Below, in pieces: positions 1-9,076 of a stretch of DNA of 64,000 nt. The stretch covers positions 1,152,001 to 1,216,000 of the forward strand of contig OZ255836.1 of assembly GCA_965277715.1 (NCBI GenBank), read 5' to 3'. A model generated the notes under the pieces. That model made no database searches and was not told where the DNA came from. It saw only the letters and a program-made list of their open reading frames with translations. Origin of the DNA: Gammaproteobacteria bacterium (lineage in GTDB: Bacteria; Pseudomonadota; Gammaproteobacteria; JBCCGL01). Position 1 is the first letter of the stretch, and the number at the start of each line of letters is the position of its first letter. The position numbers and the translations under genes are program-made.

Positions 1-96
1 ATCGGTGGCCGTGTGGTTTACCGGGTGGAAGATATCCTGGCCTACGAGGAGCAGCACCTGGCCGAGTCAACACAATCGCGGGTCTGCAATAGGTAA
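1..96 (+). CDS. 3' end of a small HTH DNA-binding (excisionase/AlpA-like) protein, partial
   Basis: Frame 1 reads IGGRVVYRVEDILAYEEQHLAESTQSRVCNR*. The GGRVVYRVEDI motif is typical of HTH_17-type excisionase-like proteins of integrative elements. Confidence 0.6.
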   Translation: MGGRVVYRVEDILAYEEQHLAESTQSRVCNR

Positions 97-108
97 ATAT
101 GCTCCTGT

Positions 109-1257
109 CTACTTTTCTGGAGTTCCGGTCCAGATTTGCAGTATGTACATCAGCCACGAGTCAGTTTTGAGGAGAATGGCCCTGAGCTGTTCATCCGTCA
201 GTTCCATCTCCAGCTCATGTACCCGATTGAACAGCTCAATCAGCTTTACGAGTGCCCGAGTGTCATGCGTCAAGAACTCCTTAAGTGGATCGTTGTTCAG
301 CTCACGGCAAACATACAATACCCTGGCCCGTCGAGTTGGCCGACCTTCATGCAATAGATCCTTCTGAGCGGTATTACCGGCAATCCATGCTGAAACAAGT
401 TCATCAGGGGCCAAACGTCTCAGTAGATGGCTCCACAATTCCCTAAGCGAACTCAGAATATGTCGCGCCCGATCAGCATTGTTACCATTCAGGGCATCAC
501 GTGCACCAACGTAAGGCCGAGCGAGCCCTGGATCTACCCGCTGCAATAGAGCAATGCAACCTGCTGTTTCCAGCTCTACATCAGCAATAAGCTGAATTTC
601 CGTTTCAGCATCTTCCTCATCCCACTCATCCCTAGGACGTATAGTTTCAAGTGCAATGCTCGTGGTATAGATTTCGCGGGTAGCTCCTGGCAAAACGAAA
701 TTTGGCAATCTCGTGATGTCTGGGATGCCCCTCAATGATTCGGCCAAGCTCCCATAAGACGCTGCGACATGAGCTATCGAACGCTCAAGACCTGAGATAA
801 CCGGCACATCGATTTGGAAACGGTTCATGATAGCGTCAAAATCTATGCCCGCCATAAGACGTTCAGTTGCAGTCAGCTGTAGCGAAACATCGCACAAAGC
901 CAACGAAGCAGATGCCTGAATCTGCGAAAAGTCATGCTGAGTGGGGTTGATGCGCGCAATCCATGACTGATGGGCAGCACCCAGGTTCTCGACCATTCGG
1001 CTTGTTGCGGTAGCATTTTTGAGGACATCCTGCAGATGTTGATTGGCACCGATGATGTCCTTCATTCGTGCTGCTGCTCCAGAAATTTCCAGGGCACGGC
1101 TGATTTCCAACTGATGGCGACGAATAGGCTCCATCGCACGTTCCATTTGATCAATCACACTCATGTAAGACGGTTTGGTCAAACGGTTGAATTTCTCCAT
1201 GTCCTGGTGGAGTTTGGTAAGTGTGGACTTCGCTGTTTTCAAATCGTCAGACATCAC
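109..1257 (-). CDS. Hypothetical protein; C-terminal helical domain resembling the predicted pPIWI-associating nuclease (pP_pnuc_1, HEPN-like) family
   Basis: 382-aa ORF separated by 3 nt from the jetD stop. C-terminal motifs RHILSSLRELWSHLLRRLAPD and GRPTRRARVLY. Family assignment is from memory. Confidence 0.5.
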   Translation of the reverse strand: MMSDDLKTAKSTLTKLHQDMEKFNRLTKPSYMSVIDQMERAMEPIRRHQLEISRALEISGAAARMKDIIGANQHLQDVLKNATATSRMVENLGAAHQSWIARINPTQHDFSQIQASASLALCDVSLQLTATERLMAGIDFDAIMNRFQIDVPVISGLERSIAHVAASYGSLAESLRGIPDITRLPNFVLPGATREIYTTSIALETIRPRDEWDEEDAETEIQLIADVELETAGCIALLQRVDPGLARPYVGARDALNGNNADRARHILSSLRELWSHLLRRLAPDELVSAWIAGNTAQKDLLHEGRPTRRARVLYVCRELNNDPLKEFLTHDTRALVKLIELFNRVHELEMELTDEQLRAILLKTDSWLMYILQIWTGTPEK

Positions 1258-1260
1258 TTT

Positions 1261-2436
1261 CTACCCTTGCTGACGCAATTTCTTCCAGGCGACATCCCAG
1301 GCGATCCGTTCCTGCTCTAGACGGACATTCTGCCCCCAGGCATTGCGTTTGATGGCCTGATACACCGCCTGCTCGGGATCCGTCAGCAAGGGCAATGTTT
1401 CGGCAGCATGCTGATCCTTCTCTTCAACCCATAAACCCTGATGACTCCGGAGGGTTGCTTCGTCCATCAATACAGATTTCAGCTCAGGGAGATAGCTTCT
1501 GGCACGATTGAGAATCGCAAAACCATGCGTGTCCAAATCCCCCCAGTAGACGCAGTTGACCTTGGCGACCCAGGGCAGACGACCCAGTACGTCGACCCCA
1601 TAACCTAGCTGCATGATGACAACCGAACCCGGAAGATCATCAAACGCGAGACCGGTTTGCAGGTTCTCGACAATGAAAGCGTTGCTGACAGGGAGATCGA
1701 GTTCAGCCAGCTGTTCCCAGGGTGCAGAGATATCGTTCAGACTGCCAACCCGTTGCCTCAGGCTCTCGTCCAGAATGCGCAGACGTATGAGTTGTGGTGG
1801 TGCCTTAAGTCCGCAGCGCCCGTAAAAATCACCCTCGCTTGATGATTTACCTCGCACGTTATCGACGAGATCTGCCAGAAGCCCTTTACGTTTTTCAAGC
1901 CACTTGCTGTCCAGGCCACTGACGGGCAGCTGTCTCGGATAAAGGTTGGAAGCAGGATTCTTCTCGATCCAGGCGACCATATCGATAAGGCGTCGATAAT
2001 CCGCCTCGCAGTAATCAGCAAGAATGGCAAAGTAACGAGGCAGCTTGTCAGATAGCTGAGGCCAACGCCCGATAAGATCCCTGTATCGCTGTTGGGCGCG
2101 ATCCCATCGATCTGCCTCCCCAATCCATTGTGCAACTTCGCCGGGACCAGACAGCAGCAGTTTCTCGGGAACAGGCTGTGTTCCCAGCTTGCGCCAACGC
2201 CGTTCACTCCAGGAAAGTGATCCTACACCATTCCAGGATTGCCAGGCTGCTACCCAGGTACGGACGTCTTCAACTTGCTTCAGCGCCTGGTTCTCGGTGG
2301 GAATACCCAGATTGACTTCCAGTAGCCAAGCACTGTCTTCCGACTGCTCCGATTCACCGCTTGTCTCAAGCCACTCACGATGCCTGTTCTTGAAGCGGCG
2401 CTTCAACTCCTTTTGTACATCATCAGGAAACTTCAA
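1261..2436 (-). CDS. jetD: Wadjet Toprim nuclease JetD (DUF3322+DUF2220)
   Basis: IVEN and YWGDLDTHG Toprim motifs, C-terminal RLEQE; last gene of the jet cluster. Confidence 0.92.
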   Translation of the reverse strand: MKFPDDVQKELKRRFKNRHREWLETSGESEQSEDSAWLLEVNLGIPTENQALKQVEDVRTWVAAWQSWNGVGSLSWSERRWRKLGTQPVPEKLLLSGPGEVAQWIGEADRWDRAQQRYRDLIGRWPQLSDKLPRYFAILADYCEADYRRLIDMVAWIEKNPASNLYPRQLPVSGLDSKWLEKRKGLLADLVDNVRGKSSSEGDFYGRCGLKAPPQLIRLRILDESLRQRVGSLNDISAPWEQLAELDLPVSNAFIVENLQTGLAFDDLPGSVVIMQLGYGVDVLGRLPWVAKVNCVYWGDLDTHGFAILNRARSYLPELKSVLMDEATLRSHQGLWVEEKDQHAAETLPLLTDPEQAVYQAIKRNAWGQNVRLEQERIAWDVAWKKLRQQG

Positions 2437-5400
2437 GACTCATCTCCTGATGTGCATGAGCAGGCAGTTTCAGACGCTGCTGCGCCGAATCATATTCGAT
2501 CATCAAGACACCGGAGACACGCCGGTCGCTGATATCGATAAAGCAGGCACCACCAATAAACGGTTCCAGTGTCATGACCGATTTCAGCGGCGTGGCGACA
2601 ATCATCTGAAAACCGAAGTTTTTGAAGATATTCATCGCCAGCGCGGTGAACTCGTTGTCGGCCTTATCAAAGGCTTCATCAAGCACCACCGGCGCATACA
2701 TGGGCACACCATGCTCATTGCCACCCAACTGGTAGCGCAGCGCCGCGGCCAGACAGGTCGTGGCCAGCTTCTGTCGTTGGCCACCCGACTTACCCGAACC
2801 ACTGCGATAGACCTCCACCTCGACACCGCTCTCATCGGTCTCCCTACCGATAAATTCCATGTGCTGCCGCACATCCAACACCGCCTGTCGCCATCGTTTG
2901 TTCTCCGGCTCCTGGCTGGAAAGGCGTTCCACCAGGCGACGCAATGCCAGGAAACGCGACTCGGCCAACTCCCGGTCCTCGCTCCAGGCATGGCTCAACG
3001 CTTGCTGGATCTCCTGCTTGAACTCGCGCACATCCGGTAACTGGCGGTCACTGGGGTCGATTTGTAGATAGTTTGTTTGGTTGGTGCTCTGGTTGAATGG
3101 CACCTGAGCGAGGCTGTCGTTGACGAGATCCATTCGCTCCAGGATCTCCTTGCGCGCATCGCTCAGATAGGTCGAAAGCGCCGCAAGGTTCTGGTGGCTC
3201 TGACTCTCCAGCAATTGGAAAAAGCGCTGCTCGTGGGCTGGAAGGCCATCGGTCTCCAACCGGGTCAACTTGGCAAAAAAATCTGACGCGGCAGCCAGGG
3301 TCGCATCAAGGCCTTCCGCTTCGGCAGGCCATTCAAAAATGAACTCGTCGAACTGCTTTTCGATGAACCGGTCGCACTTGCCCACCTCCTTGGTCAGGGC
3401 TTCCATCTCGTCGCGTATCGCTCTCTCCACAGAACGGATGAGTTTATCCAGATTTTCCAACCTCACAGGCTCCACGAGCGTATCAAATCGCTCGTCCAAC
3501 CCCTGCTGTTGACGAGGTGTCAACGGAACAATGGTTGGATCATCCTGAAGGTTCTTTAAGGTCTCCTCGTGTTCATCGACTTTACCGACAACTTTCTCAT
3601 AGTCGATGGTTGTCTTGCGCAGTGCTTCATCGGCATCCTTGACGACCTTCTTCTGCCGCTCGATCTGATCGGCTACATTCTTCAGTTCGGTGTTGCCTTC
3701 CAGGGCATCACGAATCCGGCGGTCCAGCTTGTCGATGCCCGTTAGAAGCGGAGCAACATCCACCTCCTGCCACTGCAGATTGACCAGCGTCTGACAGTGG
3801 ATTGCACGCTTGGCCCGGGCACCCTCCTGGTCAGTGAGCACCTTGATTCGTCCAACCAGATCAGAGATTTTCCCCGCAAGCTCCTGGGCCTCTTTGTGGT
3901 AGAGCGCCAGTTTCTCACGGTTATCAAATCCCAGCACCCAGTTGCGGCGATCACCAATGCTCCGCCGATCATCTTTCTCGTGACGGGTCTTGCTGTGTTT
4001 GATCTGCCCCTCGCGGGTCAAAGCCCGATCTGCACGTCGGAAGGATTGAATGGAGTCGACGCAGGCGTAGTTGAACCGACGGCGCAGCTCCGTACTCAGC
4101 CATTCAGACTGATTACACTCTTTGATATTGAGCTTGAGCACCATTGAATCGGTGCCAACCGGTCGGGCTTGCTGGCGATCTACCTGTCCCGTCCGGTAAT
4201 AGACCAGTCGCTGCCCTAAATGGCGACTGTTAATGTGATTGGAAAGCGCGTAATAGTGACGTTCATCGACCAGCAGAGAGAGCGCAAAGCCATGTAGAAC
4301 CCGCTCGATGGCACCTTGCCACTCCGCCTCATCCGGTTTCACCTCGATCAGCTCACCGATAAAGGGCAACGCACTCTCCGAAACGCCGATGGAAGTGGCA
4401 ATCTCCTGGCGCAGATCCAACATATGCGCGGGGATATTGGAGGGCTGCCGTTCCAGGGCCTTCACCTCTCCGGCTGTCTGGGTAAACGCCGTCTCGGTCT
4501 CCCTTTTCTGGATCACCAGCAGATCCCGCTTTTCTCGGATCTCGCTACTGCCACTCTCCCAGCGTTCAAGCTCCTGACGTGCATCACCGACCAACTCGGC
4601 AAACCGCTGGGGTGAATCCGGAAAAACCCAGTCGAGTTGACGGCAGGCTTCTTTGGCTTGTCCCTGTTTTCTCAAGCACTGCTCGCGCTGCTGCTCCAGC
4701 GCAGACTTCTCCGTTTGCCAGGTTTCCACCTGGTCGCCGCCAACCTCCCTGTGACGACGCTCCAGTTCACGCAAGGAATCATTATGCTGGTTGAGCGCGG
4801 CCTGTTTCCTGCTGATCTCACCTTGCAAACCGTCAGCCTGAATATTCAAGCGCTCAATCTGCTCTTTCAGTAGATCGATACGACGACGCCCACCGTAACT
4901 ATCGATTCCGGCCAGTAGTTCGTTCAGGCTACTGTGTTCATTCAGCAGCGACTCTCGCTTCTGATGCTTCTCTCGCGCCGGAACCAGGGTCTCCACTTGC
5001 CGACGTGCGGTTACCACCGCCTGGTGCGCCGCATTGAGTTCATCGAACTCTCTGACCAGTCGATCGGCCACCTCGAAGGTCGCTGGTTTGTCCAGCATGA
5101 AGTCCCGCAGGAAGGTGTTGAGGTCACCAAGGTTCTTGGCCGACTGGGTCTTGTGCAACAGGCGTAACGCCATCTCGCTCTCGATGCCGAGCAAGCGACG
5201 AAACCGCTCGGCGTAGGCGCTGAACTCGCTGCGATGAAAGGCATCATCAAGTGTCTGTTTGAGCTTGCGCACATCCAGATTGGACTGCCCGAACACCTCC
5301 AACTCATTGAGTTCAAAAGGTCTGTCGAAGATCATGAAATGGCGCTTCACATCGCCTGCGCCGTTAGCACTCCCGCGCAACCATAAGAGCTGCACCAGCA

Positions 5401-5797
5401 CCACATGCTGATCCAGGGCATTTCGGTAGGTGAGCGCCAGAGCCGACCAGGTCGTTCCTGGGCGCAGGTAGCGCGTAGCTATCTCGCCCGAGGCATCGTC
5501 CTTTTGCTCCGCCCAGGCGCCACGGATATAGCTCACCAGGTTACGATCACGTCCTGTCTTTTCCGCCTCACGCGCCGCGGCATTAAAATCGGCCCAACGT
5601 GGCGGCACCAGCAACGCGGAAAAGGCGTCGAGCAGCGTCGATTTCCCTGCTCCAGAGCGGCCCACAAAAAGAAAGCCCTGTTCCGTAATCGGGATATCAT
5701 GAACATCAGAGAAGGTGCCCCAGTTATAGACCTGAAGTCGGGACATACGGAATTGTTCCGTGGCGAAGAGGTTTTGCGCCCCTGCGGCAGCACTCAT
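2423..5797 (-). CDS. jetC: Wadjet SMC-like ATPase JetC
   Basis: YNWGTF, Walker A GRSGAGKST, long coiled coil, KSGGQRQ signature, Walker B VVLDEAF. Confidence 0.93.
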   Translation of the reverse strand: MSAAAGAQNLFATEQFRMSRLQVYNWGTFSDVHDIPITEQGFLFVGRSGAGKSTLLDAFSALLVPPRWADFNAAAREAEKTGRDRNLVSYIRGAWAEQKDDASGEIATRYLRPGTTWSALALTYRNALDQHVVLVQLLWLRGSANGAGDVKRHFMIFDRPFELNELEVFGQSNLDVRKLKQTLDDAFHRSEFSAYAERFRRLLGIESEMALRLLHKTQSAKNLGDLNTFLRDFMLDKPATFEVADRLVREFDELNAAHQAVVTARRQVETLVPAREKHQKRESLLNEHSSLNELLAGIDSYGGRRRIDLLKEQIERLNIQADGLQGEISRKQAALNQHNDSLRELERRHREVGGDQVETWQTEKSALEQQREQCLRKQGQAKEACRQLDWVFPDSPQRFAELVGDARQELERWESGSSEIREKRDLLVIQKRETETAFTQTAGEVKALERQPSNIPAHMLDLRQEIATSIGVSESALPFIGELIEVKPDEAEWQGAIERVLHGFALSLLVDERHYYALSNHINSRHLGQRLVYYRTGQVDRQQARPVGTDSMVLKLNIKECNQSEWLSTELRRRFNYACVDSIQSFRRADRALTREGQIKHSKTRHEKDDRRSIGDRRNWVLGFDNREKLALYHKEAQELAGKISDLVGRIKVLTDQEGARAKRAIHCQTLVNLQWQEVDVAPLLTGIDKLDRRIRDALEGNTELKNVADQIERQKKVVKDADEALRKTTIDYEKVVGKVDEHEETLKNLQDDPTIVPLTPRQQQGLDERFDTLVEPVRLENLDKLIRSVERAIRDEMEALTKEVGKCDRFIEKQFDEFIFEWPAEAEGLDATLAAASDFFAKLTRLETDGLPAHEQRFFQLLESQSHQNLAALSTYLSDARKEILERMDLVNDSLAQVPFNQSTNQTNYLQIDPSDRQLPDVREFKQEIQQALSHAWSEDRELAESRFLALRRLVERLSSQEPENKRWRQAVLDVRQHMEFIGRETDESGVEVEVYRSGSGKSGGQRQKLATTCLAAALRYQLGGNEHGVPMYAPVVLDEAFDKADNEFTALAMNIFKNFGFQMIVATPLKSVMTLEPFIGGACFIDISDRRVSGVLMIEYDSAQQRLKLPAHAHQEMSLEVS

Positions 5798-6525
5798 TCG
5801 TGATCCTCCCCTGATGGCATATCATCATCTTGTTCGGACGATGCATCTGCTGCTTGCATGTCGTGGTAAATCCGGGTCAGCGCCTGAATTTCTTCGGCCG
5901 AAAACAGCAGCTTCAGCGTAGGTGAGATCTCGAAGCGATTTTCGCTTGCGCGAATCTTGCGCAAGATGCTGTGTTTCTTGATCTTCTCGATCGACGCATG
6001 GATGCGCTTTTCGAACAGCGCCCGATCGGTATTGCCGGCCTGTTCGTAAACCCCGAGAAACTCGACGACCTCGTCGGTCGATACCACCGCACGATCGCCA
6101 TGGGTCTCGGCCTGGGTGAGTCGCTGGCGCAGGTGGAGCAGCAGAATGGAATCCAGAAAGGTCAGATTGGCACGACGCAGAAGCCGGGGTACTTCCAGGT
6201 CGCCCGTTTCGGCCTGACGGGTAAAGGCCACTTGCAAATCACGGTCGATTACGAGCTGTAGAAACAGCTCCGACAAACGGCTACGGATGGCCATTTCATC
6301 ACGAATCAGGATTGGCCAGAGCTTGGAGTGGCGCTGACCATCCAGGGACGGGCCGGCAAGCAGCTGTACCAGAACACGGCGGGCATCCAGTGACAGCTCG
6401 CCGCTATCGCCCTGATAGAGTGCCTGGTCCGACTCCTGTTCGGTGTCCTTTACCTGCAGCATCTCTTCCACTGACGCCTCATTTTCAGGCGTACTTTCTT
6501 CAGACATAGGGTCAGACCAGTTCAT
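5794..6525 (-). CDS. jetB: Wadjet JetB (DUF4194)
   Basis: Size and position between jetA and jetC; LSELFLQLVID and FEISPTLKLLF motifs. Confidence 0.85.
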   Translation of the reverse strand: MNWSDPMSEESTPENEASVEEMLQVKDTEQESDQALYQGDSGELSLDARRVLVQLLAGPSLDGQRHSKLWPILIRDEMAIRSRLSELFLQLVIDRDLQVAFTRQAETGDLEVPRLLRRANLTFLDSILLLHLRQRLTQAETHGDRAVVSTDEVVEFLGVYEQAGNTDRALFEKRIHASIEKIKKHSILRKIRASENRFEISPTLKLLFSAEEIQALTRIYHDMQAADASSEQDDDMPSGEDHE

Positions 6526-8005
6526 CTAAGCGATCCCTCAAAAAATAGATTTTTGGAATACGGGCGCGGCGCCCTTGATCATCTTCACCCACCCAGGCCA
6601 CCGTCTCGACAGCCTCAATACCTGATTCGGCGCCTCTGATCCCATGACGGCTGGCCAGGGCCAGCAGACCAACCACACTGCCCAGGCCCTGCTTGGCCGG
6701 GAAGTGTTGCAGTACATCGCCGATCGATGCCTGGTCTCGTTGTTCGAGCAAGGAGCAAACTTGCTCTTTCAAAGTGCGAAAATCAATCTCCGACTGCGCC
6801 ACCAACTCACTGACTGATTCCAGATCTATGGGTGGTGGTTCGCCCTCACGCATCGCTTCTGGCTCAGCCTGCAACGATGGGTCGTAGAGCACCCATTGGG
6901 ATAGGGAACGCAAGCGACTACTGGTCAGCTCCAGGGAATACTCCAGCGACTCAGTTGCCTTTACCTCATCCTTGATCGACAACGCTGCACGTTGCGCCTC
7001 CTTCAGTAGCTGGTTCACGCGACGCTGCTCGAGATACTCACGGCTTTGCACGAAGTGCTTGAGGCTGCGGGCAAAGGTCTGCAACACCTCGTGGACGGTG
7101 CCCCCTTGCTCCAGAAGGTTCCTGGTCAGACGCAGGAGGAAGCGACGCTCACGCATGTCCAACTCGCCAACAAACTCGCGTGACATCACGCTGTCGAGAG
7201 ACTCTTCCAACATCGCTGCCTGCTCGGGATCGGTAAGCAAGCGCCAGAACGCAGAGAAGGTCCGGCCCGCCTCGCTCTCCGCGATCAGATCGATACCGGC
7301 AAACAGCGAGTCGAGGACCTCGCCGCGATTGCCATCGCTATCCATGATGCGCTCTCGAAGATCCCGGTTAAGCTGCTCGAACTGATCGCGCACCCGGCGG
7401 AAATCACCCGTCAGATCGTCGGCCAGGGAGATGATCTCGCGGGTCCGCTCCAGGGCAGTATCACGTGGCAGGACGCGCATCTGGCCCTTTTGAATGGCAT
7501 CGATCTCCTTGTCGATGCGGGCCTGTTCCGCCATCAGGCGGTCGATCCGGCGGTACTTATCGGTGTCGGTATCCTCGGCCAGCCCGACCAGCGCCTGGAT
7601 CACCAGCGACAGGCGACTCTCGGTAGCCGCGGAATGAGGTTCAGCGATGGCGGATAGAAAACGAATCGCCTCCACCGTGGCGGTAGAGAGCTCGTATTCC
7701 TCCTCGGTGGCACCTGGCGGGAATCGTCGTTCGAGATAGCCGTCGCTCAGCCAGTTGGCCACATAGGCCTGCGCCGTTTGGGGGAAATCGTCGCCCTGGG
7801 CCCGCAACTCTTCCAGATCCCGCGTCAGCCGTTCGAACAGAATCGAGGCCGGCAGGCTGCGCTCCTTTTCATAGAGGTGTGACTGCAGCAGACCAATCAC
7901 CGTTGGCCCATTGCCAGAAGCAAGCAACCGCCACAGCGACTGATTACGCATGCGGCGGTAGGCGGCGATATTTTTGTCTGCCTTCACTCTGGTCCAGTCT
8001 CCCAC
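6512..8005 (-). CDS. jetA: Wadjet JetA (DUF3375)
   Basis: WRLLAS, WLSDGYL, ATESRL, SEAGRTFSAFW motifs; first gene of the overlapping operon. Confidence 0.88.
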   Translation of the reverse strand: MGDWTRVKADKNIAAYRRMRNQSLWRLLASGNGPTVIGLLQSHLYEKERSLPASILFERLTRDLEELRAQGDDFPQTAQAYVANWLSDGYLERRFPPGATEEEYELSTATVEAIRFLSAIAEPHSAATESRLSLVIQALVGLAEDTDTDKYRRIDRLMAEQARIDKEIDAIQKGQMRVLPRDTALERTREIISLADDLTGDFRRVRDQFEQLNRDLRERIMDSDGNRGEVLDSLFAGIDLIAESEAGRTFSAFWRLLTDPEQAAMLEESLDSVMSREFVGELDMRERRFLLRLTRNLLEQGGTVHEVLQTFARSLKHFVQSREYLEQRRVNQLLKEAQRAALSIKDEVKATESLEYSLELTSSRLRSLSQWVLYDPSLQAEPEAMREGEPPPIDLESVSELVAQSEIDFRTLKEQVCSLLEQRDQASIGDVLQHFPAKQGLGSVVGLLALASRHGIRGAESGIEAVETVAWVGEDDQGRRARIPKIYFLRDRLDELV

Positions 8006-8024
8006 ACGACTTTTATTCTCTTAT

Positions 8025-8083
8025 GAGCATCAATGCTCGCATTCAATCATCATCAATTTGATGATGTCAATAGCTACTATTGA
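8025..8083. promoter_or_regulatory. Three adjacent palindromes in the divergent jetA/WYL intergenic region; candidate operator(s)
   Basis: GAGCAT-CA-ATGCTC (8025-8038), CATCATCAA-T-TTGATGATG (8048-8066), TCAATAG-CTA-CTATTGA (8067-8083). Confidence 0.55.
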
Positions 8084-8159
8084 TTCCCATGTGGTGCGCA
8101 ATATATGCTAGCAACCGAATTTGAGTATCATGGCACAAAAAAGGTTTGCAGAGCTTCTC

Positions 8160-9071
8160 ATGACACAAACGCAGCTAGCCGATATCAGCCAGGCACAACA
8201 GGAACGACTGTTTCACATCGACTTTAAGTTGAGGTTCCTCGGCACAGTCAACCGCAATGACCTGGTATCGCGGTTTGGCATCAAGGCTGCAGCTGCCACG
8301 CGAGATCTGACGCAGTACAAAGAAATCGCCCCCAAAAATCTGGAGTACGACACCAAGGCCAAAACCTATATCCAGCGGGAAGGCTTCAAGCCGCTATTTT
8401 CCTATCCTGGCAATCAGGCACGTGCGGCACTGTGCTATGGCTTGGGCGATGACTTTGTTGGTCGCCAACATCCTCTGGTTACCGCAGAGTCCCCCACACA
8501 GCTCAATTTTCCCGATCTAGACACTCTGGCCATCGTTACCCAGGCCATACACCAAAAGAAAGCGCTCCAGGTTCAATACCGATCACTCTCCAGTGGCCTG
8601 ACTACCCGAGAGATAGTGCCCTTCGCTCTAATCGATAACGGATTGCGCTGGCACGTGCGTGCTCATGACCGTAAACGCAAGTCCTTCAATGACTTTGTCG
8701 TCAATCGTATTGCCCGCCCCAGAATACTTAACGGAGAAATTCCTGCCGCGCAGACCCGCGATGCAGACATACAGTGGAACCGCATCGTCAGAATGCACAT
8801 TGTTCCCCACCCAAGGTTGGAGCACCCAGAAACTATCGAACACGAATATTCCATGAATGATGGGGTGCTTAAAGTCGATGTCCGCGCAGCTGTTGCGGGT
8901 TATGTCCTCAGGCACTGGAACGTGGATTGTTCCGAAACGCACAGCCTGGATAGTCCAGAGATTCACCTGTGGCTTAACAACCCGCAGACTCTTTACGGCG
9001 TAGACAGCGCCACGCTTGCGCCGGGATACCAAGCGACACCAGATATAAAACCAAATGCAGGGATGGGCTGA
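8160..9071 (+). CDS. WYL-domain transcriptional regulator (CapW/BrxR-like)
   Basis: N-terminal wHTH (ERLFHIDF, RNDLVSRFGI, ATRDL), WYL domain GLRWHVRAHD, C-terminal GYVLRHWNVDCS. ATG 8160 preferred over TTG 8121. Confidence 0.88.
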   Translation: MTQTQLADISQAQQERLFHIDFKLRFLGTVNRNDLVSRFGIKAAAATRDLTQYKEIAPKNLEYDTKAKTYIQREGFKPLFSYPGNQARAALCYGLGDDFVGRQHPLVTAESPTQLNFPDLDTLAIVTQAIHQKKALQVQYRSLSSGLTTREIVPFALIDNGLRWHVRAHDRKRKSFNDFVVNRIARPRILNGEIPAAQTRDADIQWNRIVRMHIVPHPRLEHPETIEHEYSMNDGVLKVDVRAAVAGYVLRHWNVDCSETHSLDSPEIHLWLNNPQTLYGVDSATLAPGYQATPDIKPNAGMG

Positions 9072-9076
9072 AAACT

